Shown: positions 48,092 through 59,450, counted from the stretch's first letter. The stretch: 62,714 nt of DNA from Thermoplasmata archaeon (GCA_023261755.1 JAGDXS010000005.1:1-62714); one strand, 5' to 3'. The notes: a model not told the origin generated them from the letters alone. A program made the numbers and translations.

Positions 48092-49752
48092 ATTTTAAAA
48101 AAATTGTATGATTTATAAAAAACATAATATTCGAGTATCAAAATCACGAAAAATGCAATAAATGTAATTGGCATTAAAATTTGAAAAGTATAAAGCTCAA
48201 TGATCATTAGAAATAGAATTAGAAAAATACCAAACAGTGTAAAATTTACATGGAATATGATTTTTTTCGACTGTTTATTTCCTGTAAATGAATATGGTAT
48301 TCCACTTACCTTGTATGATATGAAGTTTCTAAGAAATATGTATGATAAAATTAATATTATCAATGTAATAATTAACAAATAATAATTTTTATAAAAAATG
48401 TCAAGAAGTAAAAATAGTGAATATGCTGATAAAAATATTCCAGGCATATAATGCTTTTCTGTAATTGGTATGGGCCTATAAAAGAATATTGATCTAAGTG
48501 TTCTGGAAATTACACTTGCTGAAAATTTCAAATATTCAGGAATTAGGTTTGTCAAAACCCTAGTAAACCTAGTGGACATCTTAAGCAAAAATGGCGTAAT
48601 TAATGTTGTAATTATAACAATAGCCCCTGTAATACTAAAAAGAACATTAGAATATGGTAAGACTGAATGGTTCGTTTCTTCAGAAATACTGTTTGCTATG
48701 TTTGCGAATATTAGTGAATCCTCATTCCTTGGTACAAGACCAGAACCTATGAATAATGAACCTTTGCCTGAAAAACCGACCAAATAGCAAACAGTTGACA
48801 TGATAAACACTTCACCTAAAATAATTGTTAACACTGAAATTAAAATCAGATATGCATATTTAACAAACGCAAATAGGTTTACACTTATTCCATATGTAAC
48901 AAAGAATAGGGCTGCGAATGCATATTTAAAACCACTCAATTTTGATTCTATTTCCTTGGATAAATCTGTTTCTGAAAATAACATGCCAGCAAAGAATGCA
49001 CCAATTGCAGGAGTTATATTAAAAATTTCAAGCAATGCACTAATAAGAAATATTACCATTAAAACAAAAATTACAAACAGTTCCTCATTCTTTTTTGTGA
49101 ATATTCTCTTTTTTATTGATGGCATGAATACTCTAGTTAATACGATAATGAATGCAATAAATGAACCGACACCTATGTACTCTATATTCAATAACTGAGG
49201 TAAATTTGTTTTTGTAACAAGGAAGCCAGAAAATATTACAATCATGAAAATTGAAATTATATCTTCCATGATGAGCATGTTTAAAAGTGCCTCAGCTTCC
49301 ATTGCTGATAATTTTCTTAAATCATCTACACTTTTTGCTGTAACAATTACACTACTTGCAGATATTATAAAAGCAAGGAATAGTGAATCAAAAATGTCCC
49401 AATGAAAGAATAAGCCAATTAAGAAGCCTAAAACAAACATTACAGAAATATCTGTTATACCTAAAACAGTTGCAACAAGGGTTGTTTTTTTAAATTTTTG
49501 TGGTGCAATATTCAAACCTATAAAAAATAGAAGGATAACAAGACCGAGCTGTGAAAATATTGTTGGTATTTGACTATTTTGCATTATACTAGAATAATGA
49601 AAACCTAATATCGTAAATGATATGGATGGGCTTAGTATAAGTCCTATGATTAAGTATCCAATCATATTTGGTTGCTTTATTTTTGTTGCTAAAAGACCAC
49701 CTATTAATGCAATTAAGAACAAAATACCTAAATCAAGGAATAGAAAATCCAT
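48088..49752 (-). CDS. CPA2 cation:proton antiporter (KhtU/KefB-like) with extra C-terminal TM helices
   Basis: LLFFIGL, LIMEDI, GAFFAG, VPRNE; multiple TM helices. Confidence 0.85.
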   Translation of the reverse strand: MDFLFLDLGILFLIALIGGLLATKIKQPNMIGYLIIGLILSPSISFTILGFHYSSIMQNSQIPTIFSQLGLVILLFFIGLNIAPQKFKKTTLVATVLGITDISVMFVLGFLIGLFFHWDIFDSLFLAFIISASSVIVTAKSVDDLRKLSAMEAEALLNMLIMEDIISIFMIVIFSGFLVTKTNLPQLLNIEYIGVGSFIAFIIVLTRVFMPSIKKRIFTKKNEELFVIFVLMVIFLISALLEIFNITPAIGAFFAGMLFSETDLSKEIESKLSGFKYAFAALFFVTYGISVNLFAFVKYAYLILISVLTIILGEVFIMSTVCYLVGFSGKGSLFIGSGLVPRNEDSLIFANIANSISEETNHSVLPYSNVLFSITGAIVIITTLITPFLLKMSTRFTRVLTNLIPEYLKFSASVISRTLRSIFFYRPIPITEKHYMPGIFLSAYSLFLLLDIFYKNYYLLIITLIILILSYIFLRNFISYKVSGIPYSFTGNKQSKKIIFHVNFTLFGIFLILFLMIIELYTFQILMPITFIAFFVILILEYYVFYKSYNFFKM

Positions 49753-49755
49753 TTT

Positions 49756-50145
49756 TTATTCTCCTGAAAGTATGATATCACCTGCTCTAGCTATTGCACT
49801 AAGATCCCTTTCGATCTTTCCATTTCTTATAAAGAATAATGCATTTTTTTCTATCTTTGATATTTCCACATTTTTATCCTCGTTCACATAAGTCCATTTT
49901 AATATGGATTTACCCAATTTGAGAAACTCTTCACCTTTCTTAAATTCAATATTAATTTCCATGAGAAGCATTGACAATGTTTTTGCATCTTCCTCAGATA
50001 ACGGGATAACAAAGAAATTTGAATCTTCAGCAAAATATATTTCTTTTGTGCCGTCGGTTTTGATCACCACGGATATTGGACCGTAGCTACCCTGGAATGT
50101 GTATTTTATTCCTATCCCTGGCATCAGTGATTCTACCACATCCAT
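49756..50145 (-). CDS. KhtT-like antiporter regulatory subunit
   Basis: N-terminal ESLMPGIGIKY, short RCK_C-like tail (AGDIILSG); directly upstream of the CPA2 gene. Confidence 0.75.
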   Translation of the reverse strand: MDVVESLMPGIGIKYTFQGSYGPISVVIKTDGTKEIYFAEDSNFFVIPLSEEDAKTLSMLLMEINIEFKKGEEFLKLGKSILKWTYVNEDKNVEISKIEKNALFFIRNGKIERDLSAIARAGDIILSGE

Positions 50146-50241
50146 GTTTATAAGATATTACATTCATTTTATTAATTTTTGTGAAATATTTAATAAAAAA
50201 TTCGGATAAAAAATAAATAAACTATTTGTTTATCAGATACT

Positions 50242-52731
50242 ATGAAAAATGAAATAGATAATGAATATAGGTCTTTTCCTTTTCCAGATTACAAGAAAAA
50301 ATATGAAAGGGACAGGCAGTTCAAACAGATACACATAAAAGCTGAAATATTTCCAAATTTTGAAAAAAAGGAATTTTCAGCAATTGAAGAAATATTTCTT
50401 GAAGCAATATATGCAGATTTAGATGAAATAGGATTAGATGCAAAAGAAATTGAAATAAAAAAATTGTACTTCAATGAAAAAGAAATAACATATAATTATG
50501 ATGGAGAGATCATTAAAATAATTTTTTCTCAGAAGGTTAGAAAAGGAGAAAAATTTAGTATAAAAATAGAATATAAATCTAAACCTGTAAGGGGAATATT
50601 TTTCATTGCACCGGATGAAAATTATCCAAACAAACCATACCAGTTATGGACACAGGGTGAGGATGAGGATACCAGGTATTGGCTACCATCCTACGATTAC
50701 CCAAATGAGAGAACAACAACAGAAATGGTTGTCCATGTGCCATTAAATTATTATGTTGTTTCAAATGGTAAATTAATTTCAAAAGAAAAAAAGGAAAATG
50801 AAATTATTTACCATTATATGGAAGATTTCCCACATGCAATATATTTAACATCTATTGCGGCTGGAAATTTCTTTGTTTATGATGATGAAATAGATTCAGT
50901 CAAGCTTGAATATATAGTGCCTTATGAAATGAAGGATTACATAAAGAAAAGTTTTCTGAATACTCCAGATATGATAAGGCATTTTTCAAGACTCTTCAAT
51001 TTTAAATATCCATATGGTAAATATTCCCAGGTTGTGGTCAAAGATTTCATATTCGGAGGTATGGAAAATATTAATGCTACAACACTTACAGAATATACCC
51101 TTCATGACGATAGAGCGCATAATGATTACATAAGTGAAGGTTTAATATCTCACGAACTAGCTCATCAATGGTTTGGTGATTTCATAACCTGCAGGGACTG
51201 GTCACATGCATGGTTAAATGAAGGCTTCGCAACATATATGAATGCTGTATATTTTGACCATTTTCTCGGCCATGAAGATTTCCTTTATGAATTGTATCAG
51301 GATGAACAAGCTTACAAAAGGGAAGATTCACAAGATTATAGAAGGCCTATAGTAACAAATATTTACAAATACCCAGGTGAATTATTTGACAGGCACTTGT
51401 ATGAAAAAGCATCACGTGTTTTGCATATGCTGAGAAATGAAGCTGGTGAATCATCATTCTGGAATTTTATTCAAAATTATTTAGAATTGAACGGTGGAAA
51501 AAGTATTGAAACTCATGATTTGATATCCGTTCTTCAAAATGTGACGGGAAAATCATGGGAACAATTTTTCGATCAATGGATATACCATGCAGGGCATCCT
51601 GAATTCAATGTAACTTATTCCTACGAAAACAATAAGGTAAAAATAAAATTTGAACAAACACAGAAGGGAATAGATACACCAGAAACATTTTCAGTTCCAA
51701 TGGAAATAGCTTTCTATGCTAATAATAAAAGAATTGTTCATTTGGTTAGGATAAAGGATAAAATTGAACAATTTACATTTCAAATGGATGAACCGGAGGC
51801 AATTTCAATAGACCCTGAAAATATTATTCTAAAGAATATAAAATTTGAGAGACCAAAAAAAATGGTTATCAAACAGTTAGAACTGGGAAAAACGGTAATG
51901 GAAAAAATTAATGCTATTAATGATCTTAAAAAATTATCTGGCCAGGATGTAATAGATGCCTTGAAAAATGCAATTTTAAATGATAATTTCTATGGTGTGA
52001 AAATAGAAGCTCTCCATGCTCTGAGTGAAATTGGCACAACGAGTGCCTTTAATGCATTGAAAGAAATAGGTAAATATATAATTGGAAACTGGGATGTAGA
52101 TTCTAGGGTAAGGGCAGCTTATGCAGAAAGCTTAGGTAATTTCTATAGGGAAAATGATGCATTGGAAATCTTAGAAAAGTTCCTAAGGGTTGAGAAGAAA
52201 TATGTACCTATATCAAAAGCACTTGAAAGTATTGGTAAAATAGAGCTGGAAACAGGATTAGATATTCTAGTAGAATTCAAAAATGAAATATCCTGGTCAG
52301 AAATTGTAAGAAGGGGCATGGTTAACGGTTTAGCAAATTTAAAGGATAGACGTGCTAAGGAAATCATTTACGAATTTACAAAACTTGGTTATGATCAAAG
52401 GCTCAGAGCAACTTCAATAATAGCAATGGGTAAGATTTACGAACATGATAAGAATGTTTTACCTTATCTTTACAAGGCATTGAAGGATAATTATTTTCAG
52501 GTAAGGGCAGCAGCTGTTCAGGCAATACAGAATGTGGATGAAAAGGATGCAATACCAGAACTGGAACTTTCATATGATCGTGAAGTTGATGCACATATTA
52601 AAAGATCCATAAGAAATGCTGTCACAAGCATCATTCAGGGGAAAAAAGAAACGGATGAATTAAAGAACCTCAGAGAAGAAATAGAAGATTTAAAAAGAAA
52701 ATACAAGGAATTGAGTGAAAAGATTAAATGA
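50242..52731 (+). CDS. M1-family aminopeptidase with HEAT repeats
   Basis: GGMEN, HELAHQWFG, WLNEGFATY; C-terminal HEAT-like repeats and coiled coil. Confidence 0.92.
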   Translation: MKNEIDNEYRSFPFPDYKKKYERDRQFKQIHIKAEIFPNFEKKEFSAIEEIFLEAIYADLDEIGLDAKEIEIKKLYFNEKEITYNYDGEIIKIIFSQKVRKGEKFSIKIEYKSKPVRGIFFIAPDENYPNKPYQLWTQGEDEDTRYWLPSYDYPNERTTTEMVVHVPLNYYVVSNGKLISKEKKENEIIYHYMEDFPHAIYLTSIAAGNFFVYDDEIDSVKLEYIVPYEMKDYIKKSFLNTPDMIRHFSRLFNFKYPYGKYSQVVVKDFIFGGMENINATTLTEYTLHDDRAHNDYISEGLISHELAHQWFGDFITCRDWSHAWLNEGFATYMNAVYFDHFLGHEDFLYELYQDEQAYKREDSQDYRRPIVTNIYKYPGELFDRHLYEKASRVLHMLRNEAGESSFWNFIQNYLELNGGKSIETHDLISVLQNVTGKSWEQFFDQWIYHAGHPEFNVTYSYENNKVKIKFEQTQKGIDTPETFSVPMEIAFYANNKRIVHLVRIKDKIEQFTFQMDEPEAISIDPENIILKNIKFERPKKMVIKQLELGKTVMEKINAINDLKKLSGQDVIDALKNAILNDNFYGVKIEALHALSEIGTTSAFNALKEIGKYIIGNWDVDSRVRAAYAESLGNFYRENDALEILEKFLRVEKKYVPISKALESIGKIELETGLDILVEFKNEISWSEIVRRGMVNGLANLKDRRAKEIIYEFTKLGYDQRLRATSIIAMGKIYEHDKNVLPYLYKALKDNYFQVRAAAVQAIQNVDEKDAIPELELSYDREVDAHIKRSIRNAVTSIIQGKKETDELKNLREEIEDLKRKYKELSEKIK

Positions 52732-53732
52732 TAGATAAAATAATAAATTTAAGGAATAATGTAAAAAGAGAAAACAGGCCAGACCAGTACGTTTCATTGT
52801 GGTTTGAAGATGAGCCCTATAAGAATAAAAGAGAAAAATCTATGGTACTAGTCCTTAGGACAAGGGGATGTTTCTGGTTCTACCATTCAGGATGCACCAT
52901 GTGCGGTTATTACAACGATACTAATCCTACAAATGTTACGGATGAGGATTTATTAAAACAGGTCGAAAGGGCAAAGGAAAAATACAGTGGTGAAAAAATT
53001 GTTAAGATATACAATTCAGGAAGCTTCTTTGACAGAAACGAAATTTCCCAAGAAATGCAATTAAAAATTCTGAACACATTTTCAGATGCAGAGAGGATCA
53101 TTGTTGAAACTAGACCTGAATTTATTAATGAACGTATGCTTGAAAATTTCTATGAGTTTAAAAATAAGATCATGATAGCCATAGGCCTTGAAAGCTCAAA
53201 TGATGAAATTCTTGAAAATTCAATCAATAAGGGCTTTAAAGTGGATAATTACAAAAGAGCTGCTGAATTGCTCCTTGAAAAAAATTTTGCCCTAAAAACT
53301 TATGTCCTTCTCAAACCACCTTTTTTATCAGAGAAAAAGTCTATTGATGATGCAATAAGCTCCATAGAATTCGCATCACAATATTCTGAAATAATATCAT
53401 TAAATCCCGTAAATATTCAGAATAATACTCTGGTTGAGTATCTATGGAGGAAAGGATACTATAGATCACCCTGGTTATGGTCCGTTGTAGAAGTGCTTAA
53501 AAGAACTGCCTATTTGAAAAAGGTAGTTTCTTTCCCAACAGGACCAGGTAAAGAAAGAGGGGCACATAATTGCGGTAAATGCGATGATGAAATCATCCAT
53601 GCAATAGAGGAATTTTCATTCAAACAGGATATAGATATTTTAAATAATATAAAGGAATGCGATTGCAAAAAAAATTGGAAATATATTATTGAAATGGAGG
53701 ATCTTACATTTTCCACAATAGGCGTTCAATGA
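52728..53732 (+). CDS. Archaeosine biosynthesis radical SAM protein RaSEA
   Basis: RTRGCFW...GCTMCGY (CX7CX2C), SGSFFD, ETRPEF, LLKPPFL, PWLWS, GAHNCGKCD. Confidence 0.88.
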   Translation: MIDKIINLRNNVKRENRPDQYVSLWFEDEPYKNKREKSMVLVLRTRGCFWFYHSGCTMCGYYNDTNPTNVTDEDLLKQVERAKEKYSGEKIVKIYNSGSFFDRNEISQEMQLKILNTFSDAERIIVETRPEFINERMLENFYEFKNKIMIAIGLESSNDEILENSINKGFKVDNYKRAAELLLEKNFALKTYVLLKPPFLSEKKSIDDAISSIEFASQYSEIISLNPVNIQNNTLVEYLWRKGYYRSPWLWSVVEVLKRTAYLKKVVSFPTGPGKERGAHNCGKCDDEIIHAIEEFSFKQDIDILNNIKECDCKKNWKYIIEMEDLTFSTIGVQ

Positions 53733-55588
53733 CCTACCCCTATTTCATTTGCAATATCCTCCAGATCTAGCTCGAATAATTTCACCTTTGTTGGTATGCC
53801 ATCTGCGCTCCATCCTCTAGCCTGGTAATATTCATCAAGCATGTTTTCAAGTTCCTCTTTTTTAACATATGACCCCTTAGAGACACCCTTAGGTATTGGG
53901 TCCTTCATGACACGTTCAGGCAAATAATCATCCTTCCTTGTAAAACCTTCCCTAGCATTGAAAGATCTTTCAACATTGTATATCCTTTCACCTATATATG
54001 CCAATTCTCCAATGGACATATCAAATCCAGTATAAGCTTTTATTATGTCAATAAAACCTTCAAGGAAAAACATGTGCCTAGAAAATTTGCAGACACCAAG
54101 GGCATCGTATAAGCTCATTAAATCTTCGTGCACCTTTACTTCGAATCCCTTGCCCTTTGCGCTTAATCTATCAACACCTTCAAATTTCCACCATTTTCCT
54201 ACAAGTTCAGTTCCATAAACACCCGCTGTAAGATGACAGGCACCTCTTACAGACACAGCTTCTGCCAATGCCATACCCTTTATTCCTCTTATATCATAAG
54301 CAGGCGGCTCTAGACCTTTGATTTCAAGTGCGAACTCTTGGCCCTTGCCCAATGACCTATATGCATTTCTTACTCCATCTGAAAGCAATTTTCCTAAATC
54401 ACCTTTTTTGTAAGCCATATCCTTTAGGACCTTGGCAACAGAATCAGGATCTCCAAATTTTAAATCCCCTTTGAGTATATTTTTCTCTATTGCTTCCATT
54501 GCCCAAGATATTGTTACTCCAGCAGAAATTGTATCCATACCATAAAGATCGCAAAGCATGCTCAAATATGCAACAGCTTCTGGATCATCTATTTCAAGGT
54601 TTCCTCCCAATGAATACATTGTTTCATATTCTAGACCATCTACATATGTACCAGCATATTTACCAGTTTTGACCTCGAATATGTGGCCGCATGGTTTTGT
54701 GCAGTTTGGGCATGGATGGTACCCAGTAACATATTTTTGTGCCCAGTTGTAAGGGTCTATGCCTGAAAGCTGCCCTTCCTTGAGATTATCGAATGCCTTC
54801 TCAAAATATCCCTGCTGCCAGTTCCTTGATGGGAATGTACCCTTTTGAGTATTCATCCAGGCATAAAATTCACCTGTTCCATATTTCATATCATCCCTCG
54901 AGGCTGGATGATCCTTCATAATGTTAACCCATTTCTTTATTTGTTCAAGCATCATTTTATGGTCAAATTCGGGTACTTTTTTTGTTCCCCTTATTGCTAT
55001 GGCCTTCAATTTTTTTGAACCCATTACTGCCCCTAGACCTGTTCTTGCAGCCTGCCTTTCTTCACAGTCTATTATGGATATTCTTAACAAATTTTCACCC
55101 GCTGGACCTATAGCAGCTGTGGCAAATCCTTGATATTTTTCTTTCAGCCTCTTCTGCGTTTCCCTTGTATCCAAACCCCACAGATCAGTTTCCTCAATTT
55201 TTATTTTATCATCTTCAATTATTACAATGGAAGGCTTTTCAGCCTTGCCTTTTATAATTACCATATCATATCCAGATTTCTTAATTTCCGGGCCTATCGT
55301 AGCTCCGGCTACAGCCCTTCCAAATGCACCTGTTTGTGGTGATTTAGAAACAAAAGTAGTTTTAGATGCAGTTGGAATTCCGCTTGAAACCAGCATACCT
55401 GGTGAAATTATAAGAACATTCTTTTCATCTAATGGATCTGTATTTTTAGGTACCTCCTTGTAAAGGTAATAAGCAGCCAAACCTACTCCACCTAAAAATT
55501 TCCTCATTATTGATTCATTAACATTTTTAATTTCGCTCGACTTCTTTGAAAGATCTATTTCAAGTATTTTTCCCCAAAATCCGTTCAT
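53726..55588 (-). CDS. Tungsten-dependent aldehyde:ferredoxin oxidoreductase family protein
   Basis: KSPQTG, IGPAGEN, GAVMGSKKLKA, CPNCTKPC, EYET, DTIS, RGACH. Confidence 0.92.
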   Translation of the reverse strand: MNGFWGKILEIDLSKKSSEIKNVNESIMRKFLGGVGLAAYYLYKEVPKNTDPLDEKNVLIISPGMLVSSGIPTASKTTFVSKSPQTGAFGRAVAGATIGPEIKKSGYDMVIIKGKAEKPSIVIIEDDKIKIEETDLWGLDTRETQKRLKEKYQGFATAAIGPAGENLLRISIIDCEERQAARTGLGAVMGSKKLKAIAIRGTKKVPEFDHKMMLEQIKKWVNIMKDHPASRDDMKYGTGEFYAWMNTQKGTFPSRNWQQGYFEKAFDNLKEGQLSGIDPYNWAQKYVTGYHPCPNCTKPCGHIFEVKTGKYAGTYVDGLEYETMYSLGGNLEIDDPEAVAYLSMLCDLYGMDTISAGVTISWAMEAIEKNILKGDLKFGDPDSVAKVLKDMAYKKGDLGKLLSDGVRNAYRSLGKGQEFALEIKGLEPPAYDIRGIKGMALAEAVSVRGACHLTAGVYGTELVGKWWKFEGVDRLSAKGKGFEVKVHEDLMSLYDALGVCKFSRHMFFLEGFIDIIKAYTGFDMSIGELAYIGERIYNVERSFNAREGFTRKDDYLPERVMKDPIPKGVSKGSYVKKEELENMLDEYYQARGWSADGIPTKVKLFELDLEDIANEIGVGH

Positions 55589-55650
55589 AGAAAGGAAAAA
55601 ACATATTATTTTATAAATTTATTTATGCAAAGATGAGCATAATGGCCATT

Positions 55651-56892
55651 TCAAAAGATTAACTTAGCTTGCTTTGCATAGTTATAATTTTTTAGTTTTG
55701 AAAGATTTTCATCCTCAAGAATAATTTTCTTCGTTTCTGAACTGTTAATAGATAATTCTATGATTTTTGTTCTTCCATATCTACCCATTGATTTTACTTT
55801 GGCGGATATTATGCCTAACATATCCAAGTCGGAGAGCATATCTGTTATTCTCCTTGGTGTAAGTATAGGTATTCCAGCACTTGAAGCTAAATTTCTATAT
55901 GCATCGAATACATCACCTGTACTTGCCTGTGCTATTCCTGATTCCTTTAACAAAGCTATGGAAAGAACTAGGACCTTAGTTTGGAGAGGTAATGTTTTTA
56001 GTGTTTCAGCAACCGCATCATACTCAAGTTTATTCTTGGCTATGAAAACATGCCTTTCTTCAACTGTATTATCATTGTTTGATATTGCAAGCTGAATCGA
56101 TGTTTTCATTAGTTCTATGGCCTTCCTCGCATCACCATTTTCCTGTGATGCAAGCGTAGAGATTAAACGCACAGCACCTTCTGTGACAAAATTAGATACA
56201 TTTGCCAGTTTCAACCTATCATTGAGAATATCCGTAATATCATCAGAGGAATATGGTGTAAATACTATCTTTTCCTCATTCAACCTGCTTTTAACCCTTG
56301 GATCTAGAAATTCTGAAAACTTTAAATCGTTTGTTATTCCAACAATCGTTATGGATGAGTTTTGAAGCTCTGAATTCATTAACATTATTTGATAGAGAAG
56401 ATCATCACCATTTTTAATTACAAACCTATCTATTTCATCTAAAACGACTATAATGCTACCATTCCATCTATCTATATTGTTTCTGGCAGTGGTATAAACC
56501 TTATCCATCGACCAGCCAGTGAAGGGAATTTGTTCACCCTTCACTGCATTTCCTATGGATTCTATTACTGAATAGGCATTATCCTTTACCTGGCAATTTA
56601 AATAAATAAATTCAACATTTTTTTTACCGTGCGAAATTTCTTTTAATTCCCTTCCAAGGAACTTTATCACTGCGGTTTTACCTGTGCCCGATTTACCATA
56701 AATAATTTCATTTTTGGGACTTGCGCCGATGAATATTTTAGCAAAATTATCTGCAATCAGCGTCATTTCCTTTTCTCTGTGTGGCATCCTTGATGGAACG
56801 AAACTTGGTTCGAAGACCTTTAAGTCAAATGTATTCAATTCCGTTCTTTCAAGGTATTTATTAAATATGTTTTCCATATCAGGTCCCTGCAA
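55651..56892 (-). CDS. cdc6: Orc1/Cdc6 replication initiator
   Basis: MPHRE, GKSGTGKT, VLDEID, GDARKA, C-terminal wHTH with GRYGRT. Confidence 0.92.
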   Translation of the reverse strand: MQGPDMENIFNKYLERTELNTFDLKVFEPSFVPSRMPHREKEMTLIADNFAKIFIGASPKNEIIYGKSGTGKTAVIKFLGRELKEISHGKKNVEFIYLNCQVKDNAYSVIESIGNAVKGEQIPFTGWSMDKVYTTARNNIDRWNGSIIVVLDEIDRFVIKNGDDLLYQIMLMNSELQNSSITIVGITNDLKFSEFLDPRVKSRLNEEKIVFTPYSSDDITDILNDRLKLANVSNFVTEGAVRLISTLASQENGDARKAIELMKTSIQLAISNNDNTVEERHVFIAKNKLEYDAVAETLKTLPLQTKVLVLSIALLKESGIAQASTGDVFDAYRNLASSAGIPILTPRRITDMLSDLDMLGIISAKVKSMGRYGRTKIIELSINSSETKKIILEDENLSKLKNYNYAKQAKLIF

Positions 56893-56982
56893 CCAAAGTA
56901 ATATTCTAGAATGTTAAAAAAGATTTCTTTACCTAATTTTTTATCAAAAAATTTATACCTTTTTTAAAAATGAATGTTAATT

Positions 56983-58203
56983 TTAACTGTTTAATAATTG
57001 AATGAATTTTCTTATTTCTCCGGTAAATCTTGAGTTTATTTTGAAAACAATATTTATTTTATTTCCCTCTTCCATCTTTTCTATTTCACCAAATTCATAA
57101 ATAAAAGATAATAAAGGCATGTAATCCTTTTCAGGGGAAATTGAAATATTGAATTCCCTATCATACTTTAAGGATTCAGTAATTTTCTTTATTAGATTGT
57201 CTATGCCTGCTCCTGTTTTTGCAGAAATGAGAACAGGATCTGATAAGTTTTCTTTAACAAAATTAATTTTCTCTTCAAGTTTGTCTATTTGAAGATCAAT
57301 TTTGTTAAGCACAGGAAGTATGTTTGATCTTGATTCATTTTTTAAAATTTCAAGTGAAGTGATAAATTTTTCTTTGAATATTTCGTATTCATCATGCGCG
57401 TCTATTAAAAGAAGTATTAAATCGGAATTGAATATGTCCTCTAGGGTAGCGTAAAAAGCCTCTATTATCCAGGGTGGTAGATTTCTTATGAATCCTACTG
57501 TATCAGTTATCAATATTCTCTTTTTTATTCCCTGTATTCTCGATGTTTTTGAAGCCAATGTTGAAAACATTCTATTATCCACGAGAACATTTTCACCTGA
57601 AATTGTATGCATTAGCTGGCTTTTACCACTGTTCGTATAACCAGCTATGCTCACAAGGTAAAAACCATTTCTTATTCTTAATTTTCTTCTTTCATTTCTT
57701 TCTTCCCTTATCCTTTCAAGCTCTTTTTTTATATTTTTTATTCTCCTCTGAACAAGGAAATAATACTGGTCTATGTCGTATTCACCACCGGCCATAAATC
57801 CTGGATGTTCACCCTTTTTAGACCTGTGTATCCATTCCTTTAGCAATGGAATTTGATAATTAAGTTTTGCAAGTTCTACTTCAAGAACAGCTTCTTTACT
57901 TTTAGCCCGGTTTGAAAATAATTCCAAAATTAGCATTATCCTATCGTATATGCTTGTTTTAAGCGCTTTTTCCAAATTGTACCATTGTACAGATTTTAGG
58001 ACAGCATTAAAGAGGATTTTGTCTATTTTGTTACTTTCAAGAAATAATTCTATTTCTAGTAATTTGCCTTCACCAATGAAATATTTGGAAGAATAATGCC
58101 TGAAATAAAAAATTCTCTCTATCTTGTAATTTAATGATTCAGCAAGCTGAACAAACTCCTCATCTTCTCTCTGCATTATCAAAATGACTTTTTCTTGAAC
58201 CAT
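56983..58203 (-). CDS. hflX: GTPase HflX
   Basis: DRIMLILELF, AGYTNSGKS, DTVGFI, NKID, ISAKTG. Confidence 0.92.
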   Translation of the reverse strand: MVQEKVILIMQREDEEFVQLAESLNYKIERIFYFRHYSSKYFIGEGKLLEIELFLESNKIDKILFNAVLKSVQWYNLEKALKTSIYDRIMLILELFSNRAKSKEAVLEVELAKLNYQIPLLKEWIHRSKKGEHPGFMAGGEYDIDQYYFLVQRRIKNIKKELERIREERNERRKLRIRNGFYLVSIAGYTNSGKSQLMHTISGENVLVDNRMFSTLASKTSRIQGIKKRILITDTVGFIRNLPPWIIEAFYATLEDIFNSDLILLLIDAHDEYEIFKEKFITSLEILKNESRSNILPVLNKIDLQIDKLEEKINFVKENLSDPVLISAKTGAGIDNLIKKITESLKYDREFNISISPEKDYMPLLSFIYEFGEIEKMEEGNKINIVFKINSRFTGEIRKFIQLLNS

Positions 58204-59450
58204 TCTTCAAATTCACCTAAAAGGTAAAGTGAGCCAGTAACAATGATAAAATCTGATTCATTTATTGCCATTTCAAATGCTTTGTTAGAATCTCTCTGAA
58301 CTTGAACATTATCTATAAACATTCTTGCTTCCTGGGCAAGAATTTCTGCATCCTTTCTCCTGTCCTCTTTCACTTCTGTCACTATAATATGATCTGCTAT
58401 TTCACCTAATCTTCTAAAGAATTCTATTGAATTTTTATCCTTCAATTGTGTAGCAACTATCAGAGGCCTCCTTGTGAATAATTCTTTAACAGTCTTTACC
58501 AAACTTTCTGCTGCCTCTGGGTTATGGGCAGCGTCCGTAATGATCAAAGGTTTTTCAGATTTAATTTCAAACCTTCCAGGAAATTTCACATTTGATATAT
58601 TTTTATAATCAAGTTTTGGGTCAAAAATTTCTGCCATGGTAATTGCAACAAGTGCGTTCTTTATTTGGTGCCTTCCTATAAGGGGTATTTTTACATCATA
58701 AATTTTATCATCTTTCTTTGCCTTAAATTTCGTTCCATTTAAATTTATTTCTACATCGCTTACTTCATAAAGATCGTTAATATTGTAAAATGGAGCATTC
58801 CTTTCCTTTGCTAAATTCTCTAGGACCTTCAAAGGTTCATCTTTGTTTTCGCCTACAACAACAGGTGTATTCTTTTTAATTATACCACCTTTTTCAAATG
58901 CAATTTGAGATAACGTATTTCCTAACCTATCAGTATGTTCAAGAGAAATTGTAACTATGCCGCTGACAGATGATTTTATTATATTTGTGGCATCTAGCCT
59001 ACCTCCCAGACCTACCTCAATTATTGCCGTCTGAATATTTTTATGTTTAAAATAATCGAAAGCCATTGCAGTTGTTACCTCAAAGAATGTTGGTTGATTA
59101 CCTTCTCCGGCCATGATTTCAATGATCTTTCTTTTTTCCCTAATCCAATCTTTCATGAATTCATCTTCAATTTCTTTATCCAATGCTATTATCCTTTCAT
59201 TGAACCTTTCAATGTGTGGACTTGTATACAAACCTGCCCTGTATTTGCTCTTTATAATTGTATATAACATTGCACTTGTAGACCCTTTACCATTTGTACC
59301 AGTAATATGCAGAGATTTGAATGAATCTTGTGGATTTCCTATCCTTGATGAAAATTCATACATTACATCAAGGCCTAATTTTACACCAAATCTTGATAAC
59401 GAATACAAATATTCAAGTTCATCCATGCCATTATTCATATTCTGTACCAT
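58179..59450 (-). CDS. folC: Folylpolyglutamate synthase/dihydrofolate synthase
   Basis: ITGTNGKGS, YTSPH, EVGLGGRLDATN, DAAHNP, GSLYL; the real start may be a few codons downstream. Confidence 0.9.
   Translation of the reverse strand: MVQNMNNGMDELEYLYSLSRFGVKLGLDVMYEFSSRIGNPQDSFKSLHITGTNGKGSTSAMLYTIIKSKYRAGLYTSPHIERFNERIIALDKEIEDEFMKDWIREKRKIIEIMAGEGNQPTFFEVTTAMAFDYFKHKNIQTAIIEVGLGGRLDATNIIKSSVSGIVTISLEHTDRLGNTLSQIAFEKGGIIKKNTPVVVGENKDEPLKVLENLAKERNAPFYNINDLYEVSDVEINLNGTKFKAKKDDKIYDVKIPLIGRHQIKNALVAITMAEIFDPKLDYKNISNVKFPGRFEIKSEKPLIITDAAHNPEAAESLVKTVKELFTRRPLIVATQLKDKNSIEFFRRLGEIADHIIVTEVKEDRRKDAEILAQEARMFIDNVQVQRDSNKAFEMAINESDFIIVTGSLYLLGEFEEWFKKKSF

Noticed and set aside
52861-52910. Non-canonical CX7CX2C radical SAM motif as a novelty
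   Set aside because: This spacing is characteristic of the RaSEA family.
55589-56982. Replication origin beside cdc6
   Set aside because: Flanking spacers are only about 60 and 90 bp and I see no ORB-like (TCCA..GGA plus G-string) repeats.
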